NCBI GenBank assembly: GCA_003971905.1
Contig: RSEE01000013.1
Location: 1-64,000, forward strand
Source: Moniliella sp. 'wahieum'
Lineage: Eukaryota
Reading direction: 5' to 3'
Length of the DNA stretch: 64,000 bases
In this document: piece by piece, positions 52,816 to 64,000 of the stretch
Position numbering within the stretch: position 1 is the stretch's first letter
Layout of the letters: every line of letters starts with the position of its first letter
Notes under the pieces: model-generated
Told to the model about the DNA's origin: nothing
The model's input: only the letters and a program-made list of their open reading frames with translations
The model's database searches: none
Made by a program: the position numbers and the translations under genes

Positions 52816-55497
52816 TCAGTCTTGCTCTACCCCATCGCATGCCCCCACCCCCATCCCCTCCCACGCAGATAGACCTGTCTCCCTCCGCCTCCTCCCCCCC
52901 CGTGCCCAGCCCCACTCCAATCCCATCCATGGCCAGGTAGCACTCGTTAGTGCGACCACTGCGCATGCAAACGTAGGCTGGATCCGCCGCTTCTTGGGCC
53001 CAGCCGCATTGTTGCCCAGCGCAGCCGGAGGTGGCGGTAGAAGTGCAGCGGCCGGGGCAAGAGCAGAGACGGGACCTGGCACAGCTGGCACGGGAGAAGC
53101 CACGCAGGCCAGAGGCGGGTCCAGCTCCATCGGTTCGTCTCCCCTCGCGGCGCCAGGGGGCAGGCGCATCACCCCCGCCTTCGCCGCCACGGCAGCATCC
53201 AGCGGGGCATGCCGGGGCGACAGGGCCGGGGGCCGCGCGGCATGGGCGGCATGGAGGAGCGGGTCGAAGGATCCAGACCAGGGGGTGCCCAACTCGTGTG
53301 GGGCAAAGCTGATGGCGGAGCAGTATCCGTCGCGGGAGCTCAGGAAGAGGAGCTGGCCATCGGGGCTCCAGCTGAGGTCAGTGAGCGGGGCATAGTGCAG
53401 CTGGCTAACAACGGCGAGCGGGGCGAGCTGTTGCGTGTCGTGCAGCCAGATCGAGTCGGCGGTCCCGATCGCATACACCAGCCGGTAGGGCAGGTCGAAT
53501 GCGCGTGCCGGGCCGGGCACGGGCGCGGCAACACCCACGGGCCACTGTGCCGTGGCGCGCAGCGCATAGCGCACCGGCGAAAATCGAATGATGAACGGTA
53601 CTTGGCGCACCGCGACTTGGCCCACGGGGCTGTGTGCGTGCGTCCAGCTCGCACGCGAAAACACATGCGCAGCCGCCGGCGCCGCACCTGAGCCGGACAC
53701 TGGCGCTGACACTGGGGTGGGCACTGGCCCTGAGGCTGGGACAGCGACCGGGCCCGAAGTCGGCGCACCCGAGCCCGTGTCCGTCGTGTCCTCCGCCTGC
53801 GTCGGTACGACGGCCATGCCGGCGGGCGTGATGAGCAGCGAGCCGTCGGGAGCAAAGGCCAAGCGACGGAAAAGGGAGAGTAGGTTTCGTCGCCATACAG
53901 TTTCGATGCGCGCTTCCCGACGACGCGCCCCTGAGGGGGCATACACCTGACGTGCTTCCAACACTGCTCGCCATGGCGCCGAACTAGGCCGAGGGTGTCG
54001 CCACCACATCCCCAGTGGGAGCCACACGGGGGGGAGGTGAAGCAGGCGCGGGCGCGGAACCCGACCCTGACCCAGAATCAGGCGCAGGCAAAGGTGGTGG
54101 CCGGGGGGAACAGGGAGGGGACGAGAACGAGGAGAGGGGGTGAGGGGAGACGAAGGGGCGGCAGGGATGGGAGTAGGTGAAGGTGCGGGAGGATTTCCGT
54201 TGCCAAAGGTCCGGCTGGGTCGGGGGGGGAAGCAAAACGGTATCCGGGGCGGCGGCACTGACAGCAGTAGCGGCGGTGGCAGCGGCGGCGGTGGCGGCAG
54301 CGGGGGTCGATGGCGAGGCTGCCGCGGGGGTCGCAGTCGCGGTAGGCGCCGAGGTGGGCGCCAAAGTTGACACTGACTTTGGTGCCCGTGCCAACGCAGT
54401 TGGTTTTGCCTTTTTGCGTGCAACCAGCACGTTGACTGGGCAGGAGCCTGTGCAGCAGGAGCAGCAGGTGCGACAGGTGCGGCGCCGCGTTTACGAGCGA
54501 CCAACGTGTTAACGTGGCCGGGAAGTGGGTGGGAGGGTTGTGTGGCGGGGGCGAGGGCGAGGGCGGCCAAGGGGGGTGCTTGGTCGGAGCGCGTGACGGC
54601 AGGCCCGTTGGGCCTGGACAGGCGGTAAATCAGCACGCTCCGATCGGCCGACTGGGACGCGAGGAATTGCCCGAGCGGGTCCCAGGCCAAGCCTTGGACG
54701 CGGTGCGAATGGTCACTGATGTGGTGCAGGACCGAGCCTAAGGGGGATAGGAGGGGGGCGCGAAGAACCCAAGGGTGGCGTTAGCGTTTCGCGTGGCAAG
54801 AGAAAATAGAGGAGAGGGAGAGGGAGGCGAGGGGAGGGAAGAAGGGGAAAACGTACCATCGGCAGCGGACAAGATACGGACCGAGCCGTCAGTTCCGGCC
54901 GCTGCGACGGCGGATCCGTCCGGGGCCCAAGCGAGGGCGTACACTTCGGTCGCTGCGGGTCGAGCGGCGCGTGGTCGCCACACTTCCTTCTCAAACATGG
55001 TGTCCACACCGGACGCGGCGGCGGCAAAGGCCGAGGCCGAAGCCGAAGCCGAGGCCAAGGCAGTGGTCGTTGCAGTGGTCGAGGCCGAGCCCGTGGGTAC
55101 ACCTGGTCCCGCTGCGCCCTTGCCCGGCTGGGTCGGCGCCGGCTCCCAAAACAACACGGCACCATCGTCGCCTGCGCTGGCCAGGCGCGGCACGCCGGTC
55201 GCAGGCGAGAAGGCCACGTCGTTGACGGCGGCCGGTGACGGTCGAGGGTGGCACGGTACTCGATGCGCGGCGGGCGAGTGCTGCCCTGCGGCGAGGGATG
55301 CAGGAGCCAGATGCGCACAAAGTTGTCGCCGCCGGCGGTGGCCACTCTCCAGGCGCGGATGCCAGCGCCGGCGGGGGCGGCGGGCGGGGCGAGGCCGACC
55401 CCTCGGCTGCAGCGTCGGCCGGGGTGTGGTGGATGGAGCAGGCATAGACGGGCTTGGTGTCGTGCCATCGGATCTCGAACGTCTTGGTCTCGACCAT
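52816..55497 (-). CDS. CAC2: Chromatin assembly factor 1 subunit B (Cac2/p60), WD40 (3' end approximate)
   Basis: TKTFEIRWHD, RVATAGGDNFVRIW, YRATLDRH..AVNDVAFSP, EVYALAWAPDG, VQGLAWDPL, FRRLAFAPDGSLLITPAG, FDLPYRLVYAI, LHYAPLTDLSWSPDG, B-domain KKRRIQPT. Confidence 0.92.
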
Positions 55498-55752
55498 GGT
55501 CGCGGAGGGGGCGAGGGAGCGGTCGAGCGCGGGGAGGGGGAGGGCCGAGAGGAAGCAACGCGGGCCAGGACGCTTGAGTGTTGAGGGCGACAGGCGTCCT
55601 TCTCGCTGCTGCGTTGCCTCGCGTCGCGCCGCCGCAGACAGGCGGGGGCGCGTTACCTAAGCACCGCCCCTTGTGCGCCCGCTGCTGCGGTGGGCTACCC
55701 GTGGGTCGAGTTAATTGGCCAGCGGCGAATAAAGCCAAGCGCCGTCCAGCCC

Positions 55753-58568
55753 ATGCGCCCTCGCCGCCCCGACTCGCTCGTGCTCGTCGGCACCCCGCTC
55801 GTCGCCTCCGACAGCGACGGCCGGCCGCGCGAGGGCGTCGGCGCAGCGTCGGCGCCCGTGTGGGAGCAGGTCGCCACCGACGCCCAGGGCCGCCGCCGCT
55901 TCCACGGCGCGTTTACCGGCGGCTTTAGTGCCGGTTACTTCAACACGGTCGGGTCCAAGGAGGGCTGGCAGCCCCAGGCGTTCTTTTCCGCGCAGCCAGA
56001 AACGCGCCGCCCCCGCTCGGCACAGCGAGCAGCAGGACGAGGCGCGGAAGCGCGCACGCGGAATGCGCCCTCGATGAGCTGATGGACGAGGAGGACTTGG
56101 AGCAGATGCGCGATGCCCATTCCTTGGCTGCCAACGAAGCGTATGGCGGGTCAGGTGCGCAGGCGGCTCAGAAAGACGGCCAGCTGTTTCTGTCCTCGCT
56201 AGCTAGCGCATCAGGGCATGGCATTGACGCATTTGCTTCCCGTCGCCGAGACACGAACGTGAGGCGGGAGAGATGGCCGGCGCAGGCAAGGGAATGTGGG
56301 ACCCACTGCTGGGATCGTTTGTCGGCGGCTCTTCCTCTGCAGAGGCAACGGTGGGGGGTGGATCTAAGGCCGCCGCCCTGGATCCATGGCTGCCATATTC
56401 GGGGGCGCAGCACACGAGCCTGGTCGCCCTTCCCGCCTGGCAAGCCGCCGCAAGAGAGCAAAGGCTCCCAGATTCTCGCCCGCATGGGGTGGCGGGTAGG
56501 CACAGGATTGGGACCCAGGGTATCCTACCGAGCCGTACGACGCTTACGCCTGTTGAACGACCGGTTGGAAGCCTGGGCGCTCGGGCGGCCTCTCCCCTTG
56601 CCAGTGAGCAGACATGGACCAAGACGAGGAGGGGCATGCGGCCAAGCATACCTATGCTCCTCCAGATACTCACTTTTCTCCCCCCCCCCTCCCAGCGGGA
56701 TGCCGCGCACCACGGCCTGGGATTCGACTTGGATCTGCGCGCACCTCCGCTCCCTCAGGTCGGGCCACGGGCGCCACCTCTGTCTCATGGGGGATGGACG
56801 TGGGGCGAGCGAGGCGTGACGCGTCCCTCGCCCCCCCCACCGCCCACCTCGTCCAATGTGCCGCCTCCCCCCGGCTGGGGTCCTGATCGGGCGCGTGTAC
56901 TGACGATTCTGATGAGCAACCCTCGTGCGGCCAATGCGGTGCCTGCACCGGCCGCTCCATCCTCCTCGGCAGCCAACCGTGCCAGTCATGCTCGGGGAAC
57001 GGCCAGCGCCCCGGTCCAGCGCCCAAGCTACAGGACTACCTTCTACGCCGGCTCTCTCCTCTACCGGACCTGGTCCTGCACCTACTGCCCCTCCTGCTGG
57101 CTTACCCATAGCGCGCAATCCATTCCCTTGCCCGACCCGGGCGCTGCGCGTCGGCCTTGGCGGGGTTCATCCCATTTGGGGTGGCGGAGGATGAGAAGGA
57201 CAAAGACTCCAAACGATCGCGGTACCTTATCTTTCTCCGGCTGGCTAGTGCGCCCGGCACCCTTCCCCCGGGCGCACTGACGATTGCCTCCTGGGCCGCG
57301 CAGCATGGCCAGCCGATCGCGAGCGCGCAAGCGGAGCTAAAAGAGTTTGGTGCGGCCGCTCGGATTTTCCGGCCGGTTGGGATCGGCGTTGGCGGGACGG
57401 TTTGCTTCTTCCTCTTCTCGGCCGCCGAGCCGAGCAGCAATGACAAGGGAACGAAGCAACCCCCCTCATCGGGGTCGCCCCAGCGCGAAGGAAACCTTCC
57501 TGCCGGCTTGGCCCAGCCTCTCACCCCCCCGACGCACCGGGACACGCAGAACGACCGTTTGGCCCGCAGCACGCGACCCGTACTTGCACACGGTGGCTTC
57601 CGGACCGATTGCTGTCCAAGCGGATGGGGTGCGCTTTCCCTCCTGCCGGACTGGAGGGGGTGACGGTGCCGGGCTTGGTGGCGCACGCGCCCTCAGGAGC
57701 AGAGGCCAGCGTCGAACCCGAGGCGGCGGAACAGGCTCGGTTGGCCGCCTCGGCCCCGGCTTCGGCGCGTACGTGGGTGCGGGCGCAAAAGGGTTGCAGG
57801 ACATGGTGGACCAACGGTCGTGGGAACAACATGGGCCCAGTACGGGGACTGGTGGGCCCCCGCGTGCCGTCGGAGCGGAACAAGGTGCGGACCGGACCGC
57901 GCGCAGCTTGCCCCGTGCGGATCAAGTGGGTTTGGCTGAGGACGAGCGGCAGGTGGGGGGTAAGCTACCCTTGCGCCCGCCCATGGACCTGTTCCGGTCC
58001 GTCTTTGGTGACTCGGACGACGAAGAGGAGCCGAAGGACGCGCTGCCCCGTCCAGGCACCAAGCAAGACGAGGCAACGACGACGCTGTTGCCTCCTGTTG
58101 CCAGTCGAACAACCGCCTCGTCCACCAGTAACATCACCTTTGTTGCCCGTCCTGATCGGCGCACGCCCCTGGGGCGAGGCACGACGGCCTCGTCGCTCGC
58201 GGCGCCCGAGGCTGACGTGGGAGCCAGCGCCGGAACCGAGGCGGACACTGGGCGCGCCGGCGCGGCGAGCCAGCGACAGGAGCGAGCAAGGGCAAGACGA
58301 GCAAAAAGAAGAGCAAGCAGGCGAGGCGACAACGAGGCTTGCTGAGCTTTGGCGAGGAGGGCCAAGACGACGACGAGGGCAGTCGGGTGCCCGTGCGCGC
58401 AGGCAAGACAAGGCCCGCGCCGGGGTCGGGGAGGCCGCCGCGCGGGAAGGCGGGGGCGTCGTCGACGGCTGCGTCGACACGGCGGCCACCACGCCAGACG
58501 CGCCGCCGCCACCCACGTCGGCGGGCGGGCGGAGGGCGCGGCCGCAGGCAGCGGATCTGTTTGATTGA
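55753..58568 (+). CDS. G-patch domain protein, GPATCH1/DUF1604 family (indels)
   Basis: [40 protein letters not shown] (DUF1604), MDEED, G-patch [36 protein letters not shown]-terminal R..AADLF. Confidence 0.88.
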
Positions 58569-58741
58569 GGGGATTGGATAGGATGGGATGATGGATGATG
58601 GACGATGAATGATCGAAGGCCAAAGGACGGAGGGAATCGGCGGCCGAAATCGGGGATGGAAGCGGCTGATCGCAATCGAAATCGCAATCGCAGAGGCCCA
58701 TCGTAATCGCCCGTCGGAGTTGTTCGCCTGACAATCGTTCT

Positions 58742-58760
58742 GATAATCGATAATCGATAA
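58742..58760 (+). promoter_or_regulatory. Three tandem GATAA sites upstream of the GATA factor gene
   Basis: TGATAATCGATAATCGATAA, about 335 bp before the ATG. Confidence 0.45.
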
Positions 58761-58959
58761 CCGCGACCAGCCTCATGGCCGCGGGGCGGGCAGGACACTG
58801 ACGCCGTGCGGGCAGCACCTGGTTTTGTGTTTTTTTTTGGGCGTGGCACGTGTCAAGCGAGGGCAGAGGCGGGGTGCGCAGCATGCTCCTCATCCTACTC
58901 TCCTTGCGGTGTTCATTGTTCTGTGAGGGAGTGTTTCTCCTTTTCGCTTTCCTCCTTTG

Positions 58960-59089
58960 CTTCCTCCTTTTCCTCTCCTCTTTCTCTCCTCTTCCTCCTC
59001 TTCCTCTCCTCTTCCTCTCCTCTTCTTCTCCTCTTCCTCTCCTCTTCCTCTCCTCTTCCTCTCCTCTCCTCTCCTCTTCTCCCCCCCCC
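58960..59089 (+). repeat. 130-nt uninterrupted polypyrimidine (CT) tract
   Basis: No purine between 58960 and 59089; built from CTCCTCTTCCT-like units. Confidence 0.9.
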
Positions 59090-59092
59090 GCC

Positions 59093-61571
59093 ATGGCGGC
59101 GTACACAAGCGGCATGCCCACCCCCTACCGCCCCCCCCCTCGCCCCTTGCCCCCTCCCCCCGCCGGCACCCTCGACAGTGCCTCAGTCCAGTCCGACAAG
59201 GAAACCACTGCCTCTGCCGCCCATTCGTCCACCACGCCACATCCTTCCCCCGCTCTCCCCCCCCCACCAAGAAGGAGAACAAGAGGGAGCAGGGCATGAC
59301 CTGCATCAACAACTGCGGCACCGACACCACGCCCCTGTGGCGGAGGGACGAAGACGGCAAGCCGATCTGCAATGCCTGTGGCCTGTTCTACAAGCTGCAC
59401 GGCACCCAGCGTCCCATCAATATGAAAAAGACAGTGATCAAGCGACGCAAACGCACCCCAGCTGCCCAACAGGCCGGCCTTGCCAAGGACGCTCCTGCCG
59501 CTACTGCCACCGCCAGGCCCGCGCAAGCCCAGGCCGTAGGCAGCACTGCCTCCACCACCTCCCCACTCTCCCCCAGCATCGGCGCCGAAAGTCTCCCTCC
59601 TAGCGACAGTGACAGCGACAGCCCCCTGGCGCACCAGTACCCGCACCCGCACCCGCAACCACCAACCCACCTCCCTCCTGCTCTCGCTCCTTCCCCTGGT
59701 CCCAGCACTCGCGCCTTCCACGCCACCCAGGAGACGTACTCCTCCCCATGTCTACCTGCTCGTCGCTCCCCCAGCGCCGACCAGGCGCCCCTCGATGTGT
59801 CCCTTCGCCCCGATCGCGACCGCGAAGCAGCGATGGTGCTGATGGAAGTGGGATGCGGAGGGCGACGCGCCCCCCGCCAGGGCCTGAACCGGAACCTCCC
59901 CTTGAACTTGAACCTGGTCCTGGGCTTGGATCGGGATACGACATGTCATATCCACTACTCGCGACCCGGCCGTCGGATACGAGTCATATCCCACCCCCTA
60001 ACGCAAGCGCAGCCACCGTCGCACGGTACCTTCCGCCTCCGCCCGGGTACGCTGATCGCTATGCGGAGGAGGATGTGGCAGGGACCATGATGGTGGAGCC
60101 ACAGCGTTCACCCCCGTCTGCTCCCCAAGCATCCCACCCACTGCCGCCAATGCGGATGGAAGTGGACTCGGGCCCAGAGCCCACGGCCAAGCGTGCTCGC
60201 TCGTCGGCCGAGCCGATGGAAGCGCCTACGATGGCAATGACCATGGCCATGCCCCCGCCGACACGTTTTCCCAGCGTATTCGCGGTCGACCTGGTATCCG
60301 CAACTCTACCATGCGTTCCACCTCGCAACCTGCTGCGCAGGCGCGTTCGCGTCTCCTGGGTGACTCGCCGATATTGGGCCGGCATGGACTGCCTCTTGCT
60401 TCGCGCGGGCTGGGGCGGGCGAGCCCGGTGCCGCTTACGCTCCCCCCGCCGCCTGGGCCCCTTTTCTCTTCGTCCCGCCCGCCGTTTCCCCCCGTCTCGC
60501 TGGGTGAGCGGAATGGCGATCCGTCCTTGGCCGGCGCTTCGCTCCTGCACCCCCTTGCGGAAGCGCCTTCGTATCCCGGGAGCGGTCGAACGAGTAGCGG
60601 ATCCAACCCTGTTGCAACCCCTCGCTCTGGCCTTCTTCCCCCTCCCCTGCCTGCTGCAGGTGCGGCGGCAGGGGAATGGGTCGCGACGCTGGAAACGGCA
60701 TGTGAGCAACTGCGGTGGGAACAGAGGCGGATGGACCAAATGCTCAGCACGTACCATGCGCTGTTGGCGCAAGCTCGAACCGCGTTCTGCGATCCGGATC
60801 CCCCCGCCAGGACCGGGGCTGAGGCTTTGCTCCCGCCAGCATGGGATCGGCGCTAGGCGCGCCAACACCTTTGGTCGGTCGTCGTGCCTTCTCCCAAGCC
60901 CCACCGCCCCCCAGCGCACGCACACGTTCTCGCATCCGCCCGTTCCCGCTCCCTCCTTTGCCCACCACACTGGACCCAGCTCACCCCACCGAGCCTGCAT
61001 CTGCCCTCGGCTCGCTCCGCCCGGCCTTGCCCCCACCCTACCCTACGCACCTACCTCGACACACGAACGCGTACCGGTACCAGGGAGCAAGGAGCAAAGA
61101 GCGGAACGAAGACGCGATGGAGTCCGCACCGTCTCGCTCCAGTTCCCGCTCCCGCTCCCAAAGCCGAACCCGAAGCCGAAACCGCGCGCGCTCCGAGTCG
61201 CACCCTTGGCGCAGGAGTAACGCTGACGAGGACACGGCGATGGTGGAGGCTGAGGTGGAGGCGGAACGACAATGGCACATGCAGGGGGAGCAGCCGCGCG
61301 CCTGCCCGATCGCGGGGTGCGAGAGTGGGAGTGGGAGCGCGAGTCGGGCGCTCGCTCCACCGTCCCAGTCGGGAGTGAGGCGGGAGAAGCGCGTGGGCGA
61401 GCGCGTGGGACAGTGGTGGGCGTACGGGGCGTCGGCGCTGTACCCCCACTTGCTTCGCCAGTCCAGTACGACTATGCGCGCCCGCTGGCTTCGCTGCCCC
61501 CCATGCGGTCCCGCCCTATCACGCCCGAGCAAAAGGTGGCCGGGATGGAAGGGGTGCATGCCACGTCTTAA
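59093..61571 (+). CDS. GATA zinc-finger transcription factor, single finger (indels; 3' end approximate)
   Basis: CINNCGTDTTPLWRRDEDGKPICNACGLFYKLHGTQRPINMKKTVIKRRKR; later coiled-coil-like LETACEQLRWEQRRMDQML. Confidence 0.88.
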
Positions 61572-62268
61572 TATACGCACGGTATTGCAAGTGTCCCCGT
61601 CCCTCTACCACGATGTGGTTGGTGCTGGTCAAGGCGGATATGGTGCGCCCGGAGCACATGTAAAGCAGAGTGGTCAAGCTGGTGCAACCCCAGGGGGACA
61701 GAGACGCGGTCGGTTGTGTACTATATATATACCTATCCTACCCTTCAAGACTCAGACAGATGAATTCGATGGATCGAGGGACCGGGTTTGCTAGCCTAGT
61801 GTGTGCCAGATGGCAGATTGGCAGGTGACCGGTGATGGGTCCGTACACTACGTCCCCGAATGGACACGAGAGAACGGGGCTGATGTGTAGAAAGCACTGC
61901 AGACTGCCGACACTTTATACAGCCCGCTGGTTTCCGTTCGGCGCATCCGTGCGGTCTCTCCATCAGTAAGGTTGTGTATGGTGACGCGGGTGACACGAGC
62001 ACGATTCATCATCCGACTAGCTGTGCCTGCCTTGCGACCCATCGGTCATCCTTATTGTTTAGTAGAAGTAGAAGCGGTTTAGTATACGAGGCCTTCTCCT
62101 GGCTCAGGTGTAAAAAAAGAAGAAAAACAAATCAGCGGCGGCGCAGCCAGTTTCGCACGTCTCGCCTTTACGCATGCACAAAGCATGCCGGGCGGTTGGT
62201 TCTGCCCCGCCAGCACGCTCGAGCGCTGCGACCCGCGGATGTCGGTGCTCGCGCGACCCAAAAAGGAG

Positions 62269-62362
62269 TGCTTCAAAGGGGAATCGAACCCCTGTCACAT
62301 CGAAGTTTACAGGCACGAGGCCAGTCTGGCAACGATGTAGTATACCACTAACCCATTGAAGC
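62269..62362 (-). tRNA. tRNA-Gly(GCC) with a 23-nt intron after position 37
   Basis: Acceptor GCTTCAA/TTGAAGC plus A73, D-loop TAGTGGT, anticodon stem CATCG/CGATG with TT-GCC-A, T arm AGGGG-TTCGATT-CCCCT, T5 Pol III terminator a few bases downstream. Confidence 0.95.
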
Positions 62363-63118
62363 TTTATGACAGTGCACCTGGAAGACTTTTGGTGGGACGC
62401 TGTGCGACCCGAGGCTAACTAAGGTGGGGCAGGAAGACCGATTGACAAGTACAGGTCGATACATGAGGCGCGGAGGTCGGTATCATTGACAAATCGCAAT
62501 TAAACGAAGGAGAGTAGTAGTATACAGGTTTGGACAAACCCCGTAAAGAGAGATATAGATCGATGGAAAGAAAAAGATACCGATTCTCCACGGCTCGAGA
62601 CGAGAGGAAATCAACTGAGCACACTGATATCCTGATTGTGAAAATGTAGTGGTGACCCAAATGTACGCCAGTCTGCTTCGCTCCATTGAAGTAAAAACGG
62701 TTGCCTGCGTTGAGCGCTGTGCTTCATTACTGTGCGCTGAAAGTACCGCACTGCAGGCGTAGGTGAAACCAGCGAAGCGAGATGTACGTTATACCTGTGA
62801 AGAGAAAGGGTGGGTCGTCTTTTGTAGCCACTTCTTCTATTATAAGTATTATAAGTTTAAGACAAGATGAGGATATGGAATGATATGAGCCTATAGTTCA
62901 TCGGAACGGGTAAGAAGCACAGTGAAGAAACGGCTCTGATGGAACGAGACAGAAGAAGTGATTCAAAAAGGCGCCATGGACCCTTTCCCCTTTGAGGAAC
63001 ATCAGGAGCAGAAGGGAAAAGGCGCATATGTACAGGTGCTCTCGGCCTCCAAAGAAGGCGTAGAGAGTGGCATGTGGCGCTTTCACACTGGGTTTTCGCG
63101 TTTCATCGGTTCCGGTTC

Positions 63119-64000
63119 TTAGAGGGGGTTGGGTGCATCAATGTTAACCGACACGGCCTTAACCTGGACATAGTTTTCCAGCGCGTAGCTTCCATTTTCA
63201 CGCCCAATGCCCGAGGCCTTGTATCCGCCAAACGGCACTTGGGACGACAAGGCGTTGTACGTGTTGACCCACACCGAGCCGGCCTGGAGCGCGTGCGCCG
63301 TCTTGAGAGCCTTAGAGATGTCACGGGAAAACACACCGGCAGCCAAGCCGTACATGGAATCGTTGGCCTTCTGCAAAAGCTCTTCGTGATCCTTAAACTT
63401 GTGCACCACGACCACCGGGCCAAAGATTTCCTCGCGACTAATCACCGAGTCCTCCGACGCATCCACAAAAATCGTCGGCTCAATGAACCACCCATTTGGC
63501 TGGCCCTTGCCCACGTACCGCTCCGCCGGCAGCGGCTTGCCACCCGTCACCAAGCGCCCCTCGGTCTTGCCCACCTCAATGTAATGCATGATGCGGTCAT
63601 ACTGCACCTCGCTAATCTGCGGGCCGAGATAACTGTTCTGGTCAAACGGGTCGCCCACCTTGACGGAATCAAACTTGGCCTTGAGCCGGCAAGGAACGGC
63701 TCATAGATCTTCTCGTGCACATAGATCCGCGTTCCGGCACAGCAGGTTTGGCCCATGTTGAAGTTGGCGCCCATGGTGCACCAGGAAATGGCCTGTTCCA
63801 AGTCCGCATCGTCCAGCACCACCGACGGCGACTTGCCACCCAGCTCGAGGGTGACCTTCTTGAGGTTGGTGTTGGCTGCTGCCTTCATCACCACGCGTCC
63901 GACGCGCGTCGAGCCAGTAAAGGAGACCTTGTCAATGTCCATGTGCTCTGCAATTGCGTTACCCGCGCCCGGGCCGAGGCCCGTGACCAAGTTGACCACA
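63119..64000 (-). CDS. NAD(P)-dependent aldehyde dehydrogenase, 3' part (truncated by window; one frameshift)
   Basis: [17 protein letters not shown], catalytic [40 protein letters not shown]. Confidence 0.95.

Noticed and set aside
44177..61571. Three transcription factors within 17 kb as a regulatory or metabolic cluster
   Set aside because: Unrelated families interspersed with housekeeping genes; no biosynthetic core gene
62400..63100. AT-richer stretch beside the tRNA as a solo LTR
   Set aside because: No TG...CA termini with TSD identified

Overview
Fungal genomic DNA. GC-rich, intron-poor genes with short GT-AG introns and CTRAC branch points, and the protein style, suggest a basidiomycete, probably smut-related (Ustilaginomycotina; inference). 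Almost every conserved gene carries several 1-bp indels, which looks like an unpolished long-read assembly, so gene models were joined by eye and some ends are approximate. Genes in order: eIF3j 3' end, Rho2, MOSC protein, Ump1, Mtr4, B-type cyclin, RPS15, ArAE/FUSC-like membrane protein, WRN-type 3'-5' exonuclease, Copia-type gag-like ORF, OSCA/TMEM63 channel, arrestin-like protein, Mcm2, Zn2Cys6 TF, Opi1-like TF, Cac2, GPATCH1-like protein, single-finger GATA TF, intron-containing tRNA-Gly(GCC), ALDH 3' part. The most notable accessory structures are: (1) a 3.1-kb TIR element (40-bp TIRs, CTCAG duplication) with decayed cargo, inserted in a recurrent intergenic TCAGTACTCAGT motif; (2) a near-intact, LTR-less gag-like gene followed only by weak pol-like traces, a candidate exapted Gag; (3) an RPS15 start codon split by an intron; (4) a GATA factor like the iron-repressor C-terminal finger but lacking the iron-sensing module, with a GATAA triplet upstream. 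No database searches were possible; family calls rest on recognised motifs.
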